A stretch of 60,418 nucleotides of DNA, the filler included, from Sluysia triapertura (Eukaryota): the NCBI GenBank assembly GCA_046118255.1. It is 5 parts of 5 records of this genome, joined end to end, with 100 filler letters (N's around TTAATTAATTAA, not from the genome) between each part and the next. Parts side by side here need not be neighbours in the genome. Positions count along the whole stretch, not along the records: positions 25,685 to 38,194 come from JBJNIA010102434.1; positions 38,295 to 49,470 come from JBJNIA010187811.1; 3 more parts are not named here. One strand, 5' to 3'. Below are positions 27,340 to 39,499 of the stretch, piece by piece; position 1 is the stretch's first letter; each line of letters opens with the position of its first letter. Both the position numbers and the translations under genes were made by a program. The notes beneath the pieces were generated by a model, which saw only the letters and a list, made by a program, of their open reading frames with translations, searched no databases and was not told the origin of the DNA.

Positions 27340-27742
27340 CTTTTTCTGATTGTATCAGCCAATATATAACTAATTTCTCGAAAGTCATTTAAGCTTCTAA
27401 ATACATTATAAATAGGATTATTACGCAATAACCTTTTTAATTGTTGAAATTCGTCCATAATCTTCACGACATCCTGAGCATACAATTTAAATTTGGATTA
27501 GAAATCTCTGTTGGATTTATTTGTTCAATTGACATTGCCTTTCCAAAATAAGTTATGTTATTCAGGTAATTATTATTTATGAAAACATTAGCAAGTACCA
27601 AGTATCCGTGCATCAATATAGAAGAATATATATGATTAAGGCCACAAAATATTTGATATACAAAATAGCTAATTTGATCATACGAACATTCTTCTTTTGA
27701 TGATATTATACGATGTAATTCTGTTTTTACAAAGCTAAACAT
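27340..27742 (-). pseudogene. Intronless degenerate MAP kinase fragment (subdomains V-VII)
   Basis: FVKTELHRIISS...QISYFVYQIFCGLNHIYSSILMHGYLVLANVFIN..ITYFGKA matches MAPK METDLHxII..HIxYFLYQILRGLKYIHSAxVLHRDLKPxNxxIN..ICDFGLA. HRD and DFG are destroyed. Confidence 0.8.
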
Positions 27743-27744
27743 TA

Positions 27745-27950
27745 AAATGTAAAGAATTAAAATTGAATTTTGTTAATATTTCCTTATTTTTGCTAAAGAA
27801 TTAGAACTGTTGTTTTTATAATATTTAATTTATTTAATTTATGAGAAACAGAAAAATACACTTCTTTATTAAAAGGTGTGTAGTTTTTTTATGGGTTTTT
27901 ATTAAGTTGGGGCGCCAAAAATAAATATGTTGAAATGGGGTTGCAGCTTT
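27745..27950 (-). mobile_element. hAT-like MITE fragment, copy 2, abutting the 5' end of the MAPK fragment
   Basis: Reverse complement matches 25320-25560. Confidence 0.7.
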
Positions 27951-28049
27951 ATATAATGTTATAGTTGTGTCAAATTACTACTCATATAATTAGTAAATCA
28001 GTTGTAGTAGTAGTAGACACTAAAGTAAAGTTTGTGGCAGTAGTGGGAG

Positions 28050-28215
28050 CAGTCAGTTGAATCTGGTGGTTTCTCTTAGAGCGGGATTCGACCAACAATA
28101 ACCAAGTGTGTGGGGAATTGGTCTGGCCAAGGAAGAAAGGCATATCAAAAGATGGAGACTTCTGTTGTGCCTTGGGATCGAGTTGTGGGTCCGCCGGGAA
28201 ATTTGTGTGTAGTTG
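28050..28215 (-). mobile_element. Possible Ty3/gypsy Gag N-terminal remnant
   Basis: GC-rich island translating to PFFLGQTNSPHTWLLLVESR, similar to the Gag motif LPxFWxxxPxxWFxxVE. Confidence 0.3.
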
Positions 28216-28599
28216 CGATTACAGCTCCGTGGAAAAAAACTCTAATAGGCTATTTTGAGGTTTTAACATAGAGAACTGAACTTCATAAAAGTTGATTAAA
28301 AAAGGTATAAACATCAAATTGTATATAATTTTACTAAATCTAAAATTGATAATAAAGTTATAATTACTGGGCAGTCTGCATTTCGTATATGTCACTGTCT
28401 CTTTTTTAGGTTGTAGCATCCTAGAATAAAAAGGATCAAAATTAGTTAATACATAAGTATAAAAATCCATAATTACTTTAATATTTTATGGAATTGCATC
28501 ACATCTCCAAATTCATAGTACTTCTTCTTAGATATTGAACTGTTGGTTGCGTTGTCATAGAGTATGGTATGACATGATCATGGAATAGTATTATATTAG

Positions 28600-29387
28600 T
28601 GCCGTGATAACTTATTTGATCTACTGTATGATAGAATTCGCAAGTTGAACCAGATTTGATGCATTGTCATGTCTCACTGGATTGAAATGGGCATTGTAAA
28701 AATCTAATTGAATTCCGTTTTGCTTCAGTTGAAGTGAATTTGTTTCTCGACATAATTTTAAACAAATTTATTACTGATCATGTTACTGTTAGCTTCCTCA
28801 ATATGTCTAGGAATGATCATTGGGTAATAAATAATACTGATATTGATAAATTTATTCATAATTACATCATAAGAATGAGACGGTACTGCTTTCATATATA
28901 GTTTTATATTCGATATATTCCCAATTATTCTTGAATCGTTTGTCAATATAACTTTATTGTTGAATCTGCACACGCTCACTTGTGTCGTCATTAATAACTT
29001 TATCATTTTTCTTGTTAATCTTCTATTTACAATTAATATAGTCTTGTCTTGCTTATAAACTGAGAACATTGATCCATTATCTTCTTTCTCTGAGTGGTTG
29101 ACAGTTTGCGTTACTTCTACTTTACTTATAATTATCATATAATTATCATCGTAATTTTCCTCATCTAATAAAATGTCATCGATACTAATGATTCCTTTGT
29201 CTAATGCGGATTGATCAGAATCTTGTGTACGTACGTATTCAACTTTACTGTTAACATTGTTGCAAGTTTGTGAAATAAACTTTTGGGGGATCAAACTAAA
29301 CTCTTCACTTTTAGATACTAAAAATAATGTTATAGGATCACTGTAATTTAAGAAACACATTGTAGAGAATCTTTTAAAATACGTCAT
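28600..29387 (-). pseudogene. Intronless unknown ORF followed by a frameshifted CCCH finger
   Basis: 209-aa ORF (28758-29387), then CPFQSSET*QCIKSGSTCEFYHTVDQI at 28693-28615. Confidence 0.65.
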
Positions 29388-29739
29388 TGATGCTCATAAA
29401 ACTTGTTGTTGAACACTAAGTCGTTCACAAAATGTAAAAATATCATCAATCGTTGATATTCATTTGCATCACCTAATTCACCAATAATGCTTTGACGATT
29501 TTTTAACATATTTTGTTTATCGTCCATTTAGGAATATAAAAGCCAAAAGAAAATAAAATGAAGTTTACAATATAATTTTTATACGTTGAATTTTATTTTT
29601 GTTTACAGTTTATTATATTATGTTACGTATTGATAAAATTACGAAACTATTAATTTAAATAAAGTATGTATGTGATTTTTACAATAATTATTTCTCAATC
29701 TCTACACAGCCAGTGAAACAGCAACCGTGAATTAACAAC

Positions 29740-29973
29740 GATTGGGCATCCAATCAGGAGAACAAAAGTATTTAGCAAGACAGAAATGATTGGATGTTCA
29801 ATTAAACTGACAGTAAATACATATCAAACATCTGCGCACAGCAACAGCCACTAGTTGACTATCATAGTGATGAATTATTAGCTTTTTAATTTAAATCCGT
29901 CAACTAGTGGCAGATGCAATTGGGAATAGTGATTTTATGATAAAAATGGTTACATTAAATAATAATAATAATA

Positions 29974-30030
<57 letters not shown>

Positions 30031-30639
30031 GACGAAATTCAAATGCATAAACTATTTCGTTCTTTTAACATAATCTTTCTTTTATTTTAAAAAAATATAA
30101 ATATTTCTCGACATAAAAATAACTAAAATTATTTTCTTTCGAAATTAAATTTAAATTAAATTCTTTTGACCACAATGTTCAAACTAATTCTAAAATGTGA
30201 TTGTAGTGTTTTCGATGATATACAAGATTGCAAATTCAAAATGTTTTGGATTAATTTTAAAATATATGTTTGATAATTTAAGGTGTAATTTATGATTCGA
30301 ATATTGTAAATTTGTGAGTACAATGTTTTGAATAAATTTTAACGTTTTCAATGATAATTTAAGATATAATTGTGGTTCTGATGTTATGGGATAATGAATA
30401 AAATGATTTAAACGAATTTTTAAATGTACATTGATGGTTTTGAATGTAAGTATGATTTTGATGTTAAAATTGTGAATTTGAAGTGTTTTGAATGAAAACT
30501 TTTAATGGATCTAAAAAATGTAAAATATAGAAAAAAGTTTCGATACATTGTGAAAGGTAAAATGTACAATGTTAATGAATGTAATTATGCAATTGAAATG
30601 ATGATTTGAATTTTTAGCTAGAGTTTGACTACCACTACA
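29740..30639 (-). promoter_or_regulatory. Family D module: leader, (TAT)n, hairpin, paired CCAAT boxes
   Basis: Perfect 13-bp inverted repeat at 29847-29859 / 29899-29911. gattgggcatccaatc at 29740 and gattggatgttcaat at ~29788. Conserved leader 30030-30639. Confidence 0.65.
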
Positions 30640-31189
30640 TCAACAATCACTAATTCTTGTATTAACTTACAAAGTAGTTGCTGATACACAGTTGGCCAAT
30701 AAAAATTTTAGTACATATCAAAACAAAAGCAATCAGACACACTATTAATCACAATTCATAAATCTTAAAAGTTTTACCAATTTTAAAAATATGTTCAATC
30801 TGAAACTTTATGACGACAAGTCCTATCATATCCTTAAAGACTTTAAAATAAACTCAAATTTATCTATATACGTCTTACACAGTTGCCATCACTCTGACTA
30901 CCATGATGACACAAAACGATCGATTATGTCATAAATGTCATTATCTACAAATTTCAAGCAAGAATCAACGAACCTATAAAATAAGATCATTCACAATATG
31001 GTAAATATATCAAAATAGACCACAATAGCAATGAAAAATGTTTAATATTGTAATGATTCGTTTCAAGATTAGATACACTAAATTCTATAACTAATCATTT
31101 GTATTTTCAGGTGAATCTCAGTACCTCCTCGATATTTACAGAGAATCTGAATTTTATTTTATGAAAGTAAATGTGAATTTAAAAAATTA

Positions 31190-31474
31190 ATGTGTATGGA
31201 TCTGCAAGATTTCGAATTATTAAAGAAATGTTCAACTTCATTCACTAAAATTATGTGGCTAAAAACTCCACCTAATCTCGTTATAAAAATATTTGATATT
31301 GAAAAAGAAATAGAAATTAATAAGGGTTTTGATAAGAATATTATTGTTGTTAGTTTGTCGACAACCTTTAAATCACGATATTTATGTAATAATACATTTA
31401 TTAAAAAATATTTGTACACTATCAACTATATACAGACAATTTTTAACAGATGGACCCTGCAAACGTCAAGATGA
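31190..31474 (+). pseudogene. Short ORF homologous to the TPPN segment of the 26653-27339 ORF
   Basis: TKIMWLKTPPNLVIKIFD..KGF aligns with TKIKRIILKVHTPPNIDLYVKD..RGF. Confidence 0.4.
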
Positions 31475-31989
31475 AATGACTTACACAAGTGGCTGTTTAA
31501 TCACTATCGTGGCAAAATAAAATACATCAACTACCGCAACAGTTAGAAAATACGGGCTTAATTCCGTTAACGGAAAATCATGTGATTTATCTCAAGTACG
31601 GTATTTTAGTTTTTATTCTGATTTTGCTTTAGTTGATTTTTATTCTTATATAAAGTTATTTAAAGTTATGACTTCAATATGTTCGGGACTGTTTCAATAT
31701 TTAACGTTTAACAAGCCAATATCATTTAAATGTTTTGCGTATGATTTGAATAAACGCATTTTATGTTATATTTACTAAATTTTTAATAAATTTAATTTAA
31801 ATTAAAAAATTTATAAAGGAGAATTTTACAGATCCAATGTAGCAATTAATATTAATGGTTTTTATTTCAATAATTCTTATATAAATAAAACTATAGAAAT
31901 GTATTTAAAATTCATAAAACCAAATAAATACTATTCAAATAATTTAACACGAAATCTACATCCATTTCGAAACTTTAATCCACCGACAA

Positions 31990-32457
31990 AATTCGACAAC
32001 GGTCACAGCGGTCAGACCGAAACAACTGGCGGCGGTGTTCTTCTCTATGGGTAGCACCTCTTCAAATCGTCAAAAAGAAAGATGTGTAACTATAGAATGC
32101 TGAACAAAGTCATAGTGCCAGACACATATCCTGTGTCACTCATAACAGATATTCTACACAGATTTTCTGGTTGTAAAATTTTCTCTTCAATAGAGCTCGC
32201 AAATGCATACCACTAAATTCCAGTACATACTGAAGATAGCCGTTACCACTCCTTTCGGTTCGTTCGAATTTACAATGATGTCTTTCGGTCTAAGAAATGC
32301 ATCACAAACCTTCCAGCAACACACGAACGAATTTCTTCAAGGTTTAACTTTCGCCACAGCTTATATCGATGGCATGATAATTGCTTACAGAGATTTTAAA
32401 CAACATCAAACATATCTGGAACAAGTATTCCAAAGACTATCCGATAATAACAATTAG
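31990..32457 (+). mobile_element. Ty3/gypsy reverse transcriptase remnant (frameshifted)
   Basis: CNYRMLNKVIVPDTYPV..FSGCKIFSSIELANAYH and TTPFGSFEFTMMSFGLRNASQTFQ..AYIDG (YxDD decayed). Confidence 0.92.
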
Positions 32458-32629
32458 GCAGCACTAGACTACGAACAATTTCATATCACCCACAATCCAA
32501 ATGTATGAGAGAGAGATTCCGAAGAAACATTACCAAGTTTTACATCGGTATTTTTTCTAAACAAGCTACATTAAACGTAAGTGCGTTAACAAGAAACTTA
32601 TAAAATATATAAACCTTTTTGTGATTGTA

Positions 32630-33330
32630 TATTTACTTCTGGTTATGGTGAGTTCTGTCAAGATGAATAATCTTCTGTAAATGGTCGTGTGAAGTTTTCT
32701 TTAATCAGATATTGTCAAAGTAACTTGGAAATCTTAAGAGAAACATTTATTAAGTTAACGTCAGAATATCAGAATTATTCTCTTTTTATTGAAAATGGAA
32801 ATTTATCTGTAGAACTCCGTCGTAAAGATTTCTACAATACCATGAAAGTAATAAGCACGTAAGATTGAATTGTTTGACGGTTTTCTTACATGAAAATTCA
32901 TCCATTTTTCAGATAAACAATGGAACTAAACATATTATAAGGAACAGTAACGAATATGTTGCATGAAAATATGTTGCACAGTGGGAAAGGTGAAATAAAC
33001 TTTGTGTATCAGTATGTCTACTACAGACGACAACGATGGAACCATTTCGATATTACGAATTAGTGAGACTGAAATCGGAGTTATAGCTAGCTATTGCTAC
33101 TGCTTACAACTACTACTACTGAATTTAGTGGCAGCAGTAATGCTAATTTAGAAGAAGTGTTCGTGAAAAATGCTCAAGGGACAGTTAAGTCTGCTAGTGT
33201 TTTTAGTATCCCAGTATCGTTCGCAGTCGCTCTTTTTATTGCTATTATTTTCATTATAGTATCATTCTTTAAATTCTCGCATCTCCAAGAAATTACGCCA
33301 CATGAAGAAGACATATATCGTATGTGGTAA
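32630..33330 (+). pseudogene. Possible degenerate neurexin/LamG-type single-pass membrane protein fragment
   Basis: GYGEFCQDE (EGF-end-like), LFIENGNLSV and INNGTKHIIR (LamG-like), a Thr-rich stalk, then a TM segment VALFIAIIFIIVSFFKF. Many stops, no introns. Weak similarity. Confidence 0.3.
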
Positions 33331-33679
33331 TGGTAGGTTGCTGAGTCTAATGTTATTTATTACTATTATGAGATTAGGGTTATTTATTAGATAAATTGAT
33401 TTAATTTTATTAAAAGCCGTCGCTAATAATCAAATTTGATTATTAATATTACATTTTAATAAGATTTTTATTATAAAACTAGATGTGAACTTCTTTAAAC
33501 ATAAGAACACATAAGAAAACGAATCTATCTATTTTTATAATATTGAAACTAAAATTAAAAACATTTTTTATTTGTCTAAAATTTTCCTGAAAATGCCACC
33601 TGTAGTCTTCATATACTTCGCTAAATAAAGACGAACATAAAAATAGAAATAAATCAAAATAAATGGAATCATATTTAAG

Positions 33680-34360
33680 AATTATTTATGTCTTCTTGGG
33701 TCATATGGTCCCGTCGGGAAGCAGCAAGATTGACATTGAGAATATTCACCCCATTGACAGAAAAGATTTGCATACGAGAATAACTTGCTAAAATAGAAAA
33801 AAAGGTTCTTTATTCGCTCATAATGTTCACTGGGATTTGCTTGATGAACGACAAAATTTTTAAATTCATTGGCTCTGTGACAATAGGACATCTTCTAGCA
33901 TATTTAGCACATTCACCGGTTTGTGTCGTTTCATATGGACAGATAGCGATCTTATAATTCTTGAAGCCATTACCATAAATTGATGGATTTGTATATAAAA
34001 GTTTGTTATTATTATCAAAAGGCTTTAAGTGGCTAAACTTTGATTCCGTAGTGATAATGATCTCTATGTTATAATAATTGAATCAATGTCTATTAATCTA
34101 AGGGCATTGTAAATATTCTTGTTAGTCTAATATAGACTTCATTAATTTCATTATTACAAAGGTTAATAAGATTCAATAATAACATGCATATTTCATAAGA
34201 CATATCGGAGTTGTTAGATATACATACTGAATGATTATTTTTTCATTTAAAATACTTAAATACATTGCATGTGTCTTTGATTAGACTGTCTTTTATTTGA
34301 CTATCATTGCGTTGATTTAAGGTTGTTAATATAATTACATTTCGATAAAATTATTAGATC
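33680..34360 (-). pseudogene. Degenerate unknown ORF plus frameshifted CCCH finger
   Basis: KNYKIAICPYETTQTGECAKYARRC[1-nt loss]YCHRANEF at 33956-33865. Confidence 0.65.
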
Positions 34361-34812
34361 AAGATTATTTATTAGTAAATTTATATTTATTTTATTAGGA
34401 GATATTATTAAGGCTTTATTGCAGTAAAAAATTTGTATTTCATTTTTACGTTATTTAAGAGAATTAATCTAAAATCTATTAAATTAAATAAAAACACGTA
34501 TAACAATCTAATTTTTTTCATATTAATAAAACTAAAATTATTAATGTTTATTAATTTTCGAATATGTTTTCTTCTCGACCATAATCCAACAACTAAATGA
34601 AAAGATATAATTAAATTATCATCATCATAATTATATCTATTATTTACTTTAATTTCATCAGGTATAGATTCATGCATTTGTATTTTTGTGAAATTGTTGG
34701 CTCGTACTTTGAAATCTTTTACGGATGAATACTGTATTGGAGCAGAAATGTCTATAGATCCCAATAGGCCTTTCATTCTGTCAAGATGCATGCCGGTAAC
34801 TGTTGAGTTAAT

Positions 34813-35007
34813 TTATAGCTCTTCAAGCTCGCTGAGTGAGTGAAAGTACTTACATTTCGTACCATATCTCATGCATTTTCCGTTCTGCATTGTCATAAAC
34901 AGACATAGAGCTGTTTTGTAGTGTTTATTAAAATTTGTTGAACTATAAATCTTTATACGTATGGGTTTGTTGTCCACACGCGATGACTTAAAATCACTAT
35001 ACTTCAC
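34813..35007 (-). pseudogene. CCCH zinc finger (Tis11-like lead-in) directly downstream of the helicase remnant
   Basis: HYKTALCLFMTMQNGKCMRYGTKCKYFHSLSEL. Confidence 0.8.
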
Positions 35008-35084
35008 GTTATCTTATGAATCTTTGATCATGAAGCGTTGAAATTATTGTTAATGATTAGTGAACAAATATTTTGCATAGTAAG

Positions 35085-36180
35085 TCACAATTTCTTTACC
35101 ATCTCAACAAAAGACTTTTCGATTTCAGGAAATATGAAAGTAGTAGCATAATCTGTTTTAACAGTTCGTACAGTTCGACTATTTCTGTAAGGATAAGCAA
35201 CAACATTTTCTGGAACATTGAGATTGAAAACTATAACAATGTCTTCGAAATCTAATACTGTACTGACAAACGGATGAGCAAACATATCACATGCATTACA
35301 TGATTTGGAAAGATTCACGTTTTGTTTCTTGCGAAACATTCGTGGCTTCGAGCATACTGAAAAAATGTCTTTAATATTCATTTTATTTATAATGGATTCA
35401 TAATACCACGTAATAGGATAAACTTTAACAAAGACTAAAACTTTAGATAGGTATGATTTATTATTATAGTGCGTTAATGTTTCACATATTAATCCAACAT
35501 CATTAATCATAGCCCAAATACATTGTTTCAACTGTGTTGGAAAATTACTTTCTAATGTGGCATCAACAAATTGTAGATCATGTAACAAAGATCAGTACTT
35601 CTATTCAACTTCATCATAACATGTCACGGAATAAATTTCTGTTTGTCTAAAAATCTTTATATTATTCTTCTTATCTTTCTTGCTTGATTTTGGTGATATA
35701 ATTCGTAAAACTTTATCAATTTCTTGACCTAATTGATAACTCATCATTATATCTTCCTCGTAAATTGCCAAATGTTGAATAGAATAAAAAATTTCTTTAA
35801 TTTGGCTAGTGTAATGAAGCATCATTAAATTCGACCAGGAGTCAACATCAGGAATACTACGTTCAGTTAATTGATCATTCATATCTCTAGTTAAGCCCAT
35901 TATTTTCAGATTTAATCCTTCACTCATCTTCATTAGTTCACCATACTCTTGTATTACTAATTTTTATAAACATTAATGGTCGATCGATATCTAAACATTG
36001 TTGAATAACTGGAATACAGTAAGAACCAGTTTTTACAATGCCGGTTCCAGATAAACCAGTAACATTTTTATGTTTCAGTAATAATGGTATAGCATGTTGT
36101 TCAATTTGAGACAACTTTAACCATTTTAATTTAGAAATATTGTCTAAAATCTCTGATATTTTAGTTGTGGCTGTTATCAT
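35085..36180 (-). pseudogene. Intronless, disrupted DEAD-box helicase, most similar to DDX56/Dbp9
   Basis: Q motif/motif I (WLKLSQIEQHAIPLLL..GTGIVKTGSYCIPVIQ), decayed DEAD (LAIYEEDIM), motif III (YSVT), and motifs V-VI (LDFEDIVIVFNLNVP..AYPYRNSRTVR..TFIFP), split across three ORFs. Confidence 0.85.
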
Positions 36181-36269
36181 TGTTTAACCAAATAATATTA
36201 TTAAAGTGTTGTTTTTCGTATCCTAGAGGCGCATACAAATACATAAAAATATAAAAGGACCATTTTACA

Positions 36270-37510
36270 AGTGATTGGATGAGAAGCAATATGAAAATAG
36301 CATTGCTTAACTTTCATTAGTTTTTTGTTCAGAACAAGTGATAACGCTGAACATAGTAATTTTCATTGGATAACCAATGACAGTATAGAAACAGTAGTAA
36401 CAAAGTATTGATACACAATTAATGATAATAGCAAGTGAGATAAACTGAATGGTGTGTCTGTATCTATAACTGTCAGCAATTGACAGTAAATTGGATAGAT
36501 AGTATTAAGTTTAATTTAAAACTGTCAATTGCTAGCAGTTACAAAATAAAGTACATAAAATTAAAAATGACTGTGATAATGAAATGATAATAATATTAAT
36601 ATAAAATTGAAGACAAATCATTTTTATTTACTCTTTACATGAGCTTTCTATTAATGTATTAAAATATTTCTTAACATAAAATTAACTAAATAATTAATTT
36701 TTAAAAAAAGATTAAAAATAAAATTCTTTAGAATCATCATGATATTCTTTTGTCTTTGTTATATTATAAATTTATTGATGAAATTACAGATTTCTTTTAA
36801 ATTTAGAGTAAGGTAGCGGTTGGTCTATTTTTTAGCTAAACTTTGCGATACAAGTTTTAGTTCTTATTTTATTTGGAAAAGAGTTTATTGAGTAATAACA
36901 AAGATGTAAATTATAAAAAGACTGGTAAGAAGTGATTGATTCTGAAGTGTTTAGAGAATGTTATTTTGATTACAATATCTAAAATGATTTCAAAGTGTTG
37001 GTTTTATGTTTTCAGTGCTGTTTGATATTGAATGTTGAGGGTTGTAAACTTAAAATATCTTGGATTGAATTTAAGACGGAAAATTGATAGTTTGAGATGT
37101 AATTGTGATTCAAATGTTATGAGATCATGAATAAATGGTTTTAAAGAGTTTTTAGATAAGGATGACAATTTTGAATGTCATTAAGATTTGGATGTTGACA
37201 TATTATTAATTTAAACGTTTTGAGGTATGGAAAATGGTTTTAGTTGATCTGAAGAAATAAAATATAAAAAAAGGTTTTAATGAAAATAGCTAGAATGATA
37301 AAGAATATGATTTTGTGTGAAGTATATTGGATTAAGTTTGCAATGTTTTGAATTAATTTTTAAAGTAAATCTTTGATGATTTTTGGTATTAAATGTGAAT
37401 TTGATGTTATGTAATTTTATTTTTCGAATGTTTGGAAGTATTATGAATTATGAAATGTTGTGAAAGGTCTTTTTAGAATAAGACTCTATGATATTGTGTT
37501 AGTCACCACA
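36270..37510 (-). promoter_or_regulatory. Family D module upstream of the helicase remnant
   Basis: Inverted repeat at 36467-36487 / 36521-36541 (19/21 match), gattgg boxes at ~36273 and ~36365, and a conserved leader starting TGTGGTGACTAAC at 37510. Confidence 0.65.
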
Positions 37511-37797
37511 ATCATTACCAGAATAAACCATAGGCCTAAATTTTAAATTATCTTTTTAAAAGGGAAGAGTTCTGTATTTCTATCAACATATTTGAATGGA
37601 TAATTGAATGTTTTAATTATGTCTAATTTGAATAGATCACAATAATATTGTAGGTTGCTGGATTCGTTAGAAATTATAATAAAATAATTAGACATTGTAA
37701 ATTGAATAATAATAATATTGTTTGATATATTTTTAATTGAATAAATTTTGAAAATTTTTTTATTAACTCTTTCTTTTCTTTTTTTGTTGTTAATGAT

Positions 37798-38123
37798 GAT
37801 TGGACTTCCAATTAGAACAAGCAAAATCACAGTACAGAGGTAACATTGATTGGATGTCCAATCAATTGCTATATTTAACAAGACACAGCTACCAGTATGC
37901 ATGTATGCCGACTGAGATATAGTATTAATTACACTGACATGTAATTAACTGTCATCAGTCTACAGCTCATAAGGTATGTTAAAATGTTTTAAATTAAACT
38001 GTCGACTGGCAACAGGGTGTAATTAAAAAGACACTTATATAATGGTAATAAAAATGAGAATATAATTAATTTTGGTAATGCATTAAAATAATGATAATAC
38101 AAATGGTTATCATTATTGAATAA

Positions 38124-38194
<71 letters not shown>
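37798..38194 (-). promoter_or_regulatory. Family D module cut by the contig end
   Basis: gattggacttccaat (37798), gattggatgtccaatc (37848), inverted repeat at 37949-37965 / 37999-38015, then (ATA)n. Confidence 0.6.
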
Positions 38195-38294
38195 NNNNNN
38201 NNNNNNNNNNNNNNNNNNNNNNNNNNNNNNNNNNNNNNTTAATTAATTAANNNNNNNNNNNNNNNNNNNNNNNNNNNNNNNNNNNNNNNNNNNN
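38195..38294. other. Artificial contig linker
   Basis: N run with TTAATTAATTAA. Confidence 0.98.
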
Positions 38295-39499
38295 AGAAAA
38301 CATATAATTTTACTTTAAATAAGAAATACACACTATTTGACAAATTACTCGACAAAAAATATAACAGGAATTTTAATATATAATGCTTTGAAATATTAGA
38401 GTTTATTTTCTCTAATATTTGATTGAAAATTTTAGTGATTTTAAAATTGTGGCAACACAATTTTTTAGTTCAAATAGTTTATCTGGATTTTAAGTCTTAG
38501 ATATGTAAGACAATCCTTATAAAAAATTATCTTACGTTCATGGGCATTATTGAAAATTTAGTTGTCGAATATCAAATCCAAGAATGTTCCTCCGGTTTAA
38601 CATTCGAAATCGTATACGCTTCTGTCTATATATAACGTTTTCGATTCTGTATTCTTACTTTTATATTTTTTGTGTATCTTGGTATTATTTGACAATTTCT
38701 TTTTATACCAAGTCGAGCAATTGTAGTTGCGTAATAGCTGTGATGTAACGTAGGCACAATTGCAAATGTTAAAATTTTTGTACAAATTAAAAATTTGCAT
38801 CAAAATTAAAGATAATTGGCCAAAATAAAAATTATTCGTAGCAAATAAAATTAATTATAATTAAAATGTCATTGCAAATTTTGAAATTTTATGTTTATGT
38901 TATGAATTATATTTTGGAAGTTGTGGATTAACTGATAAAACCATTAATGAGATGATTGCAATAAGATTTACAGTGTAATGACAGTGAACGTGGAAATTTC
39001 TAGTTGAAATCAATATGTAGATCTGAAAGAGGTTATTTATGAAATTGTGCATGAATGTTTCGTAAGATGTTCTATTACGGTCGTTTTCAATTAATAGTTT
39101 TCTCTAGCCCATAAAAGGTCTTTGGGCTAATGAAGAAATAAGGATGAAAAAAAGAAGTATCTAGAAAGAACTTCGATGTTTAATTTTGCTACGTTAGTTT
39201 AATCAATGATACTTCTTTTAGAGATTTACATTGTGATAGCATATCAATCTTAATTACTAATGTTAACAATTGCTGGAAACGACTTGAATTTAATTTAAGA
39301 AAACAGTAAATTGTACTATCGATTTAAAACCTTGATTCTATTGTATTAGTATAATATGGTTCACCACTTCTTTTTTTTAACATTGAAATAAAAATCAATT
39401 AAATTTATTAATATACACCACATCACCATACAAATAATGCACATACCGTAGTGTCATCGACACTGTTGCTATTATTAATAGTCCATTTAGTTTTTGATT

